From assembly GCA_964016885.1 (NCBI GenBank), contig CAXHJY010000115.1, forward strand, positions 1 through 64,000: 64,000 bases of DNA, given 5' to 3'. The first letter of the stretch is position 1, and the number at the start of each line of letters is the position of its first letter. The notes below the pieces were generated by a model. That model saw only the letters and a list, made by a program, of their open reading frames with translations, was not told where the DNA came from and made no database searches. The stretch is from Eledone cirrhosa (lineage: Eukaryota). The translations under genes and the position numbers were made by a program. Below are positions 28,072-39,900 of the stretch, one piece after another.

Positions 28072-28200
28072 CATCAGCAGCACTACAACCACTACCATCA
28101 CGATCACCACCACTGTCATCATTATCATGATCACTACCATCACTATGATATCCACCCCACCCCCAACATCCCACCACCATATCCACCATCGCCGCCGCCA
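28072..28200. repeat. Degenerate (CAC/CAT)n trinucleotide repeat
   Basis: Seen directly in sequence. Confidence 0.85.
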
Positions 28201-28254
28201 AGTCAGTCGTGATTCAGCAAAAAATCATAATCATCCTGTATTATTACGGCCCTT

Positions 28255-28428
28255 GCCATTCTGAGTTCAAATCCCGCCGAGGTTAACTTTGCCTTTCATC
28301 CTTACGGGGTCGATAAAATAAAGTACCAGTAATGCACTGAGTAATTGCAGACCTTGTGCCAAATGTAGAAACAATTATTATTTAAAGAAATCAAATCCCG
28401 CCGAGGTCACCTTTGCCTTTCATTCTTA
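28255..28428 (+). mobile_element. SINE fragments of the GCCTTTCATCCTTACGGGGTCGATAAAATAAAGTACCAG family
   Basis: Box B GAGTTCAAATCCC plus the conserved core repeated many times in the window. Confidence 0.8.
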
Positions 28429-28429
28429 T

Positions 28430-28625
28430 TTTGTGGGTGTTTACCAAGTTAGTTGCCAGACGTCAGAGCTTCAATGTATCGATGCCCAGGGAAACAAGGC
28501 GTTCAGAGTATGGTAGATGCCATATGGAGGGTATTCGCTTGGTTGCACGTCTCTGAACAGTTTCCAGGCGGTCAAAGTTCTGAGTAAGATAGGGGTTCCA
28601 GACTGGTGATGCAAATTCTAAGTTG
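28430..28625 (-). mobile_element. LINE RT C-terminal fragment (CR1-like)
   Basis: Translates LEFASPVWNPYL..DRLETVQRRATKRIP....LPYSERL. Confidence 0.85.
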
Positions 28626-29630
28626 TTTACATCCAACACATGGATTTTGTATTTGTACACTAGGTACTTATCTTAGACTTCAGTCGGTTCCAACAACGAA
28701 TGTTCTGGTTGTTCGAAAAATGGAATAGCCTGCTCATGAAATTAACGAGCAAGTGGCTGAGTATTCCACAAACACGTATACTCTTAATACAATTTTCAGA
28801 AGATTAAGGGTGACATAGTGTGTAATAAAACTGGCCTTTTGAATTACAACTACAGTCAATCTTCTTTTATAGCGTAATTGGCTGAGTATTCTACCAACAC
28901 ATGTAATCTTAATGCAATTTTCAGTGTGGCACGGTATGTGACCAGACAAGCCCCTTTGAATTACAGGTACAGCTCATTTTTGCCAGCTGAGTGAACTGGA
29001 GCAACGTGAAATAATGTGTCTTGCTGAAGGACACAACGCGCCGTCGGGAATCGAACTCAATACCTTACCAACCAAGTAATTCAATGAAGCAGCCTTGTTA
29101 CACATTGTGTCATGCTGAATCTCCCTGAGAAAAACGTTAAGGATACACGTTAATTTCACGAGCAATTTGAATACTCATCGTAGAAACCGACGGAATTCCA
29201 AAGTGAAGTTAAGTCATATTACTCCTCCTCCATACACTGTGACCTCTCACTCCCTCTCCATAAACTGCGACCCCTCATTCACTCCCCCTCCATACACCAT
29301 GACCTATCATTCACCCCCCCCCCCCCCATAAACTGCGATCTCATGCAATCCTCTTTTCATTCACCTACATCCCTATCTTCAAGAGGGTTGGGATCATTGT
29401 TACAAATGTTGGTAGTAAATGAGATTTTGACATCCTGACCGACAAAATATAAAAACAATGTACGTTACCTCCATATTTCACGTACGAATTAAACATATTT
29501 AAGTTTTAAGATATGTCCTGGCATACTTCAAGCTAAAAGCGGCGTCAGAATGTCGGATAGAACATTTGCGGTATTCGTTCGAGTTCTCTGCGCTTTGCCT
29601 TTCATCCTTTCGAGATATATATATATATAT

Positions 29631-29815
29631 GGAACGAGTAGGAACCCGACGACTGAGCTCAAGCCGTTTCGACGGCTAATTCAGAATTAGCCGTCGAAAC
29701 GGCTTGAGCTCAGTCGTCGGGGTCCTACTCGTTCCTATTACCCACTCTACTACCCTAAGTATTGAGTACTTTGGTGCGTTATGGTCCACCTGGTTCCTTA
29801 CCACATTTCCTTCGT
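29631..29815. repeat. (TA)n-flanked fold-back element carrying the 3' half of a hammerhead
   Basis: ~50-bp near-perfect inverted repeat at 29631-29733 centred on 29681-29682, containing GAAACGGCTTGAGCTCAGTCGTC. Confidence 0.8.
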
Positions 29816-29839
29816 TATATATATATATATATATATTGT

Positions 29840-32132
29840 TATACTTGGGGAGGGTCATATTTGTGTAATATTGCCAGAATTAATAACAGAACACACTCAC
29901 TGTTTGGTTGGTTTTCGCTTCTCGCTGTCTTTTATATCCGTAATCTAACTTACTCGGTCCTCAATGTTGCCATTGACTGACCGACGGTCAAAAATAATAC
30001 AGATACAATATAGACACAAACACATATATATAGTTTATTATAAATCTTTCGTTGCACATCTGCAACATCGTCAGTGGTGTTATATTTTCCTCCTGTTGTG
30101 TTGTATGTCTACGCCATTTTTTATTCAGTCTGTCTATATATTTATTTATTTATTTGCTTGTTTGTTTATTTTATTTTGTCTTCTTTGCGCATGCGTTTGC
30201 GTGTGTGTATAGTGTTATGTTTGCTGTGTGATGGGTGACTAGTGTGTGTTTATGTGCTTGTTGTTATTGTGCTTGTGTATGTATTTATTTATCTTATTTT
30301 ATTTACTTATTTATACTTCTCTTAGGTCAGTGTTGTTTGTTTGGGTGTTGTTGTTATTCCATTCATTCTTTCTGTTTAGTCTTGGTCTTCTAAGTTCTAT
30401 TTCACTGGCCTCTCTGATTTGCCTATCTGCTGGGTCATTTCTATGTTTAGATATTATTCTAATTTCTATGTTGTCTATGTTACCGTCATGTTGTTGTCTG
30501 GCATGTTCGTATAGTACTGACCCGTTTTTTCGTCCTTTTAGTTCCCCCCAGTGTTGGTCTATCCTTTCACCTATGCTACGATCTGTCTCACCTATGTATG
30601 TTGTTGTCATGTTTCTGCAAGTACCCTCTGTACATCTTATGCTATAGACTACGTTTCTAGTTTTACAGTTTATCCGGGGGTTCACCTTACATATGATACA
30701 TTTCCTATTGGTACAGTGGGTTTTCTTAAAAGGGTATGTTTTGCTGATCAGGGATTTTATGGTGGTTCCTGGCTTTTCTACCACTTTTATTTTTAAGTGG
30801 GTCTTTCTAAGGGCCTTTCTACACTGGTTAGCTAATTTCCCTCCAGGGGTGGCGTCCACAAACATGACACTCTGGTATCTCTGGTTGTCGTACCATGATG
30901 TGGCTTTCCCTATCTTATGTCTAGCCCTATCTAAGCTATTCCATGATTTGCTCCTGTATAATGGGCAAATTCCTTTCATGTCCAGTTCTATGAGGGTCTT
31001 ATACTTTTTCATGACTCCTTTGTATACTCTGACTCTGTCTCTTTGGTTGTAGCCAGAGAACTGCATGCGGTTGATGAAGTGTTGGATGTCTTTCCATTTC
31101 TGTTGGGTCGCACATGCGGGACACATTCTTCATCACTCGTACCAAATCTGCGATCAGAATATTAAACTTAGCACTACTGGACATTGCTGAGTTTTTGAGT
31201 ATCAGGTATTTGGAGGCCATGGGTTTAGCATAGTGTGAGTGGAGAATTTGGGCTCTCTCGTCTATAGTGTTAATCCAGAGTTCTGTGTCTAATACAGGTA
31301 GTCTATTGTTAGGGTGTTTGGAAGGGAAGTCGATAGTTACAGTTATACTCTGGTGTATGGAATTAGCTATCTGCTGGATGCTTTCCATCGTGCTACGTTC
31401 TAAATCAAACTTGTTAGTGCTCTCTAGTGGGGGTGTTCTTATAACTATATTGATATCGTCTACATAACGAGAGTACATGATGAGGTCTATGGAGCTTTCA
31501 TTAAGGAGATCTTTAAGTTTCCTTTCCCACCATACCATGAAAAGGTTGGCAACATCACCAGCTATGCTGACGCCGATGGCTGCTCCCTCATTTTGGGTGT
31601 AGATTTTCTCATTGAACTTAAATGTGGCCCTTTAGGGTAGTTTTGATACTAGCCCCTATTGCATGTGTGACCATTTTTCTTACCTGATCATTGTTTTGGG
31701 GGGTCCGTATAGCTTTGGTCCACCCAATCCACCTTCCCATGGGAGTCTTTTTTGCCATTGAGGTTATGGTGGGGGGTCTACCTCTTATAGGTCTACTAGG
31801 GCAGAAACATCTAAGGTCATGGCTGTCTAGGTAGTCAGTGTCGTAGGTAAGTCTAATTAGGAGGCCCAGTTCATCTGTGTCGACGTCGCAGAACTCCACC
31901 TCACTCTCAATGATCATCTCCACACATCTTTTCACAGCAAAATCAATGTTAATGGATGGGTACAGTGACACCACATCCATGCTGCCTATTATGCAGTTGG
32001 ATAGGCTCCTGTTTTTGTTGCACTCACTGATTCTGCTGAGGAGGTCCTCTGTACTTTCACATACATCTGGGGACATCTTGATTATGGGGCGTATAACCAT
32101 TGAGAGGAAGTAGGAGATCCTGTAGTTGCTAG
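29840..32132 (-). mobile_element. Penelope-like retroelement (RT + C-terminal GIY-YIG endonuclease), 5'-truncated and frameshifted
   Basis: Three consecutive minus-strand frames (31618-32132, 30999-31620, 30311-31126) give GSMDVVSLYPSI, EGAAIGVSIAG, RYVDD, a CxxxxCxxC linker and NVVYSIRC..YIGETDRSIGERIDQH. There is a hammerhead core in the 3' non-coding part, and the element sits in (TA)n. The 3' boundary is approximate. Confidence 0.93.
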
Positions 32133-32168
32133 CTATATATATATATATACATATATATATACATATAT

Positions 32169-32201
<33 letters not shown>

Positions 32202-32208
32202 TATATAC

Positions 32209-32243
<35 letters not shown>

Positions 32244-32355
32244 CATATATATACATATATATATATAGCTATTCCTCTCAATGGTTATACGCCCCATAAT
32301 CAAGATGTCCCCTGATTCTGCTGAGGAGGTCCTCTGTACTGTCACATACATCTGG

Positions 32356-32399
<44 letters not shown>

Positions 32400-32508
32400 T
32401 CTACTTTTGACTTAATATTGCTCTGGATAATATCTATCGAGCTGATTTATTGAGAAGCACATAATTCTACCATATTTAATATGTTACATTTGTGTGTGTG
32501 TGTGTATA

Positions 32509-33405
32509 CGAGGTGTGTCAGAAAACTTCCAGGACTGATGTCACAAAAGATTTATTTCAAACCCAAACTTCACACTAACAGATTTTTCTCCTTCAAAGTA
32601 ATCCCCCTGGAGTCTAATGCACTTTTCCATCCTTTTCTTCCACGCTTGCATGCACTCTCGGAAGGATTCTTCCGGGATCCTCAGCAGTTCCGTCGTCACG
32701 GCCTTTTTGATGTCGTCCACGTCTTCAAAACGGGTCCCCTCCGGGTCGTACTCGAAGATCCATAACTCATCACCGGTGATGACTGTCCCTAGCAAGCCTG
32801 GTTCGGTTTCAAGACGCTCGAGGATGTCGTGGCACACTTGCATGCGTCGACCCTTCTGGTCATCGTTCAGCAGTTTTGGCACCACCTTCGCGCAGACTTT
32901 CCGCATGTCCAAATCTGCAGTGAGAATCTTCCAGACGCTGTCCCGATTCATGCCCAGCTCATTTGCCATCAGTCGAACAGTCAGCCGACGATCGCTACGT
33001 ACCATCTGCCTGACGCGCTCAACGTTGACCTCAATCCTGGTTGTTGAGGGCCTTCCGCTCTTGGGGTCATCTTCCACGTCATCGCGTCCTTCTTTAAACC
33101 TCTTGCACCACTTAAAAACACGTGACCGTGACATCGTCTCATCTCCATACACTTGCTGCTGCAATCCCAGTGCTTCTGACGGAGTTTTCAAATCTGTTCG
33201 TTGCTCTGTGCTCATTGCTTGACGATCTGAAACAGAGGACATGTATATAAAATTATGAAGAAAACATTTTGATCGTTGAAGAGAGCTAAGATTACATTTA
33301 CATACTCCAGGGGGATTACTTTGAAGGAGAAAACTCTTAGTGTGAAGTTTGGGTTTGAAATAAATCTTTTGTGACATCAGTCCTGCAACTTTTCTGACAC
33401 ACCTC

Positions 33406-33406
<1 letters not shown>
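32509..33406 (-). mobile_element. Mariner DNA transposon, internally deleted (non-autonomous)
   Basis: TA target duplication and ~105-bp inverted termini starting CGAGGTGTGTCAGAAAA. The transposase remnant has an HTH region, DDPKSGRP, KVVPKLL and ITGDELWIFEYDPE fused directly to the C-terminal GTRFED, so the 2nd and 3rd catalytic Asp motifs are missing. Confidence 0.95.
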
Positions 33407-33467
<61 letters not shown>

Positions 33468-34113
33468 GAGAGGTATAGAGATTGTTTTAGCAAGAAGCTA
33501 ACAGCATTCTATAACATATATGCGACTATAACGTCAAGATGGGAAAAGTAGTTAACGTAAGATTTAGGAAAAATAATTCAAACTCATCTCAAAAGAGAAT
33601 CAGGATATAAATTCATCCACAGAATTTAGTGAAATCCAGGGAAAAATCAATAGACCTTTAACTCATGATAAAATAAAGTTTGAAACACTTATCCTTCAAT
33701 TTGGAATAACATCAAATGCTCTGTATAGTCTTAAAAGACTATTTCATGAAAATTTTCAGTGGAGATGGTCACGGTTGGATTTCATTCATCAGCAGAGCTC
33801 AACAGAAAACCCAGGCTCTCACAGTATTATAATCGGAAAAAGGGATTTCTAAAACTGGCTAGTTCGCCTTCATGTGTAATTATGAAAAAGCACATGAGGA
33901 AAAAACGGGGCTAGTGACGTCAGGATGAAAGTGAATGTTTATTTACAAGAAATAGCAGTCAAATACATTCTGAAAAAAACTCTACAAAAGGAGTTCTGCA
34001 AATAGCAATAATTATCACAGTTTTTATGAAAATAACCGGGATTAGTCACAGATAGTTTAAGCACTCTAGGAAAAGAATCCGAGTATAAATATAAATGAGA
34101 GGTATAGAGATTG

Positions 34114-34526
<413 letters not shown>

Positions 34527-34555
34527 AAAGAATAGAGGTGTAACACACAAGTTAT

Positions 34556-34941
34556 TATATATTGGTAAACGGAATAGAAAATGCTGACAAATTGTTCACA
34601 GTTGAAAAATGGTTTAATTAGGAATAAAAGAGTATTAGTGATTGTATGGGTTAGTATTCAGTTGTGGTTTTAAGTTTTTAAGTTTTTACCGGTTGCGCAT
34701 TTCTAAATGCTTTTCAAAAATAATTTTGAGATAGAGTGTCCGTGCGGATCAGAGCAAACAGCACGGACACTCTATCTCAAAATTATTTTTGAAAAGCATT
34801 TAGAAATGCGCAACCGGTAAAAACTTAAAAACTTAAAACCACAACTGAATACTAACCCATACAATCACTAATACTCTTTTATTCCTAATTAAACCATTTT
34901 TCAACTGTGAACAATTTGTCAGCATTTTCTATTCCGTTTAC

Positions 34942-34950
<9 letters not shown>
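34556..34950. repeat. Long, apparently perfect inverted repeat (~190-bp arms, 15-nt spacer)
   Basis: Arms 34556-34745 and 34761-34950 are reverse complements, with spacer GGATCAGAGCAAACA. Confidence 0.95.
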
Positions 34951-35028
<78 letters not shown>

Positions 35029-35539
35029 GAGGAAATCGGCTATGTCGAGACTTAGAGAGAGGAAGGGCTCCATCAGGTTTATATTGCCCAAGACCCGCTG
35101 TATGTCACTGCTACGACTCCTACTTCTTCATCAGGAGTTACGGGTCCATACATACATACCTCTCGAATATACACATAGATCCTTACCTAGAGCTACCCAA
35201 TATTGCAAATATTGTTAGTTTTGACTTCTTTCTTTTTTTCTTTTTACATGTTATGTAATCAATTAGACACTCAGTGCCAATAACATTTATTAAATGGATG
35301 ATAACTTTAGTATTTAATCAATTATACATAATTTCGTCTTAGATGTATTGTCTTGATTCTGGAACATCCTACTTGTGAAGTTAACGTGCAACCTTAAGAT
35401 GGTTCTCAAGGAAATTGAACGTGACACAATGCGTTATGAAGACACAATGTGTCGCCAGTAATTGAACTCGCGACCCAATTCTAGTGAATGAAATAAATCC
35501 AAGCAAGAAAGATAACAGCGTCTTTTTTTATTGAGAATT

Positions 35540-35598
35540 ATCTCCCTTAAAAAATGGCGATTAATTACATCGTAAACAATCAACGATTTGTTGCTGAG
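35540..35598 (+). other. Candidate 5' non-coding exon of STOML1-like gene
   Basis: AAAATGGCG (YY1-like) motif followed by a GAG|GTAAAT donor at 35599. The first coding exon has an acceptor upstream of its ATG, so an upstream exon is needed. Confidence 0.45.
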
Positions 35599-36624
35599 GT
35601 AAATACAAGTATTTCCTACCTGTAAATGTGTCTTTCACTTCGAAATCTACTCTGTCCTTTTTAAAGGATATTTCTGTTAATTCTTAATTAATGGTTAGTT
35701 ACTTTTTTTATCAGATTATAATTTCACGTCAGGAAGCCACAGTTCGTTTAATGAAAATACATCATAATGGTTTTTAGAAACCATTTTAATATATATAAAC
35801 ACAAATGGGATGAGATATTTTCGTGTTTTTATTTAGAAATTTAATGTCAATATTTTCTAAACACACACATATATATATATTATGTGTATCGATATATAGA
35901 CGGCCGTGAGAATATGTATTCAATATAGTAATTGATTATATTGACGAGTTATGGTGCACCTGAGCACTTTACACAATAATTTCATTATTATTATTATTAT
36001 TATAGTCTTCATCAAACCCAAACCTGAGTTTAGAGTTTCGTCGACTTGCGTGCGTGCGAGCGAGAGAGAGTTGACAAACCCAAACCTTAATCCTATATAT
36101 AACGCACCCTAACCCTAACCAAGCGAACCCTTAACTTGTATTTACGCAATGAATAGAGTGAATCAGACAATATAGTTTCGGTTTCTTGTTTCGAGATCTA
36201 ATGTCGGCGACTTCCTTAATGTATTATACGTTATGATTTAAATGACTATTGAAAATCAAACTACCAAAAATATTATTTTTCTCTTTATGTTATCGAGGCA
36301 ATTACCTTAAATATAAAACGAAAATAGTCGTTTATAATAGAGACACGGAGCCAGAAATTCAGGGTCAGAGATTAGACGATTAAATCGACTCCAATACCTG
36401 ACAGGTATTTTATTTTATTTATCTCGGGAGGAGAAAGCAAAGAACCTAAACAAATACCGCTCTCGCTAAATAATAAAATCGTAGATCAACAACCATAAAC
36501 CATAAACTCGAACCCTTCAACCTAACTATCGATCAGTACAACTGTTACACAGTAGGTCCAAAAATTGATGTTTATTAATCTTTAGTATGGAAGGATATCA
36601 GAGACATAATCGAAATCAATACCA

Positions 36625-36762
36625 CCTTAATAATTGTTTCTACGTTAGGCACAAGGCCATCAATTACCCAGTGCATTACTGGTACTTTATTTTATCGACC
36701 CCGTAAAGATGAAAGGCAAAGTTAACCTCGGCGGGATTTGAACTCAGAATGGCAAGGGCCGC
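36625..36762 (-). mobile_element. SINE (GCCTTTCATCC core family)
   Basis: Reverse complement of the 28255-28380 copy. Confidence 0.8.
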
Positions 36763-36938
36763 CTTAATAATGAAACATTTAGTTATTTTATTAACCCTTT
36801 TAGTGACCGAATTGCCTGAAATACCCATCCTTACCCAACATTTTCATTAGATATATGGTAACAAAAGGGTTATCTCTGTTCTTATTCTTTTGCAGTTTTG
36901 AAAGAAATAACCGAAATTTGTAAACCACAAACAATACA

Positions 36939-39900
36939 ATGAGTGTGAAATATCAACCTGTACCATCTAATGACGTTTATGAAAGTCAAATTGATTTCTC
37001 CTCCCCTTTCAAGTACAGTACAGTGAAATCAAATACACATTTGAAATCCATATTTACCTATTCTAACCAAACATCTCAATCTACTGATGTCCAGCTAACC
37101 TCAGGTAAGTATTGACTACATCCATCATCAAGGTCTCTTCAGTTGTGTCAAAGATATGACATCCTCTATGGTCTTATGATAAAATACATTTAATAGGGCC
37201 CAGGAATGTATGTGAGCAAGATGTAAGCTACCAGCTCCTCTGAGCACTTGGTAGAATGCAGGAATGCATTAACCCTATGGTCAGTAGCTTTACCTTACAT
37301 TTCAATACTAAAGTCAGTATGGGTAAAGGGTAAAGACCCGCTTCAGACACGAATGACCATGGGATTTGTACCTAAAAAGTGCCCCTCCAAAACACAAGTC
37401 AGGGCAAGTTTGTGTGTGGAAGACCAACAGTTGCCCATGAAAACCAGCCTCCCCTCTCCACACCACCGATGTTGTCCAAGGGAAAGGCAAAGGCCGATAC
37501 AGCTGGGCACCTGTGACATCATAACTCATTTCTACAGCTGAGTAAACTGGGGCAACGTGAAATAGTGTCTTGCTCAAAGACACAATGCATCACCTGGTCC
37601 AAGAATCAAACTAACAACCTCCCGATTGCAAGCCTAATACTTTAACAACTAAGCCATGCACTTTACTGTGTATATACCAACTAATTCTTCCAAAATACTC
37701 TCTCCTCTGTCAGTAAAGTCACTATATACCAACCAATTCTTCCAAAAAAGCTCGTCTTCAGACATGTACTAACTAGTGTAGGTGACTAAAAATGAAGACA
37801 GGATTGCTATGAATTCATTTCAACACTAGAATACTGATGTGTTAATATTTTCTATTTTGCAGTACAAGTATCCTTCTGGAGGCGTTTAGGGTACTGGGCA
37901 GTTTTATTTGCTGCCTATCTTTTTCTCTTTATTACCATGCCAGTCTCACTTTGGTTTAGTTTCAAAGTAAGTAATATAGTGTTTTTTTTATATCTTTTAA
38001 CTAGTCTCCTCCTCCTTCAAGATATAAGGGTCTAACAATTTACTGTGAGAGCTATACCTTCCCAACCCTCTTCCATTCCTTCCTCTCTATTGTCTATTCC
38101 CCTGATCACATTCATGTATTCTTCAATTTCATCCCTCCATCTCCTCCTCTGTTTTCCCCACATTCCCTCCCTCTCTCCTGTAATCCCCTCCATGGTTCTA
38201 ACCTGCCTCTATTCACCTAATATTTCAATCTCAAAAAGTCTAAAAATTAATAACCAATGATTCATGGAAGAGACATCTTAACCATTCAAAAAACACAAAA
38301 ACTCTTAACTTCACTTTACAATTATAATAAATTTCTCAGTGTTGAAATTCTCACGACACTGTTTGTGACCTGTTGCATAGTTTGTCACCTGGTCACTGAC
38401 ACAGTTCTTCTAAAACATTCCATAATATATCAGATAATAAATTTATATTTACATCAATTAACAGAGAATACCAGCTTATGAAAGAATTGTCATTTTCCGG
38501 CTTGGTTTGATGAGGAAAGCTAAAGGACCAGGTATATCATTTTTCTATCATTACCATCATCATCATCACCATCATTTTTCTGTTTAGCATGGGTAGTATC
38601 TCAGCTTATATTACTCATTATTTATTCACCCATATGTATAATATATATAGATATATAACCAAGTAATACTAAATGGTTTATGTATATATACAATCTTCCT
38701 CTGAAGAATCTATTGGGTACAATTCTACGGTAATATATAAATCTCGTTTATTCCACCGTAGAATTATCAAGTGTACCTAAGGGATGAAACACCATGTAAT
38801 GAATAAATTTTATTATTAAAAATCTTGCTTTCTCCACCGTATATTTCTGCTTATATATATATATCATCCTCATCATCATCGTTTAATGTCTATCTTCCAC
38901 GCTAGCATGGGTTTAGACGGGAATTGTCCCACTTGAGGCAAGATTGGTCGTCTCACTCGTATAGGACTGTCTGGCAGGTGTTCTATGGCTGGATGCCCTT
39001 CCTAACACCAACCACATTTACAGTGTGGACTGGGAGGTTTTTACCATGTTACCTACACGGCCACATTATAGCGTTGACTGTGTGTTTTTTTGTCGTGACA
39101 CCTACGCAACCTCATTTATTTAGGACTGGATGTTGTGGTACCAACATAACTTTACAGAGAAAGGGGTGGTGTTGATGGGAGTGGGGGGTGGGAGTTGAGG
39201 TAGTGGGATGGGGGTGTATATTTGATTAAGAGGTGCCTACTGACTAGGTTTTGCTTTGTACTTAGGCAAGACGGGTCTTCTGTATTACTGTGTAGCGCCA
39301 AAGATATATATATATATATGTTCTGAGGCTTGACCAGTCAGCTGATTATGTCATTTTTATATGTTCCATTCTGGTATGATTTCTACAACTATATGCCCTT
39401 CATAACACCTTTACAGTCAGTGGGTACCAGTTGTGCTTTTGTCAGTTTAACATGAACTCATTTCCTACATTTCAAATGTCAGATTATATTTTGTTCTTTT
39501 TTTAAGGTTTTGTATTTTTCCTTCCATGGATTGACCAATGCCATATTGTTGACATGAGGACAAAGGCTTTTAATGTTCCTCCTCAGCAGGTACAGTATTT
39601 TATTAAATAAAAGTTTAACATAGTGTTTACCTACTTCAATAGCTCTGGTTTGATTTTAGATCCCTAAATACATAATTACAAAAATATAAATATTTAGATA
39701 TGATGCAAACCCTAAGTACAGATTATGTAACTAATACACTACAAGTGTCTTAACCCTTTTATTACCATATTTCTGATGAAAAATGCTACCTTCGATATTC
39801 AAATAATTACGAATTTGAAGGGATTTAGAAATAATATTAACTTTCTAATTATTAAGTTGGCGTTTGGAACAAATGTTCATACATAAAATTATAATTATTT

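Noticed and set aside
33735-33795. Hammerhead-like words on the minus strand (CTGATGAATGAAAT, CTGAAAATTTTCATGAAATAGTC)
   Set aside because: Stem II and helix I cannot be formed.
35030-35145. CTGATGA/CTGATGG words on the minus strand
   Set aside because: No properly placed GAAA and no closable helices, so it is not called a hammerhead.
36107-36135. CCCTAA telomere-like units
   Set aside because: Only two perfect units, too short to call an interstitial telomere.
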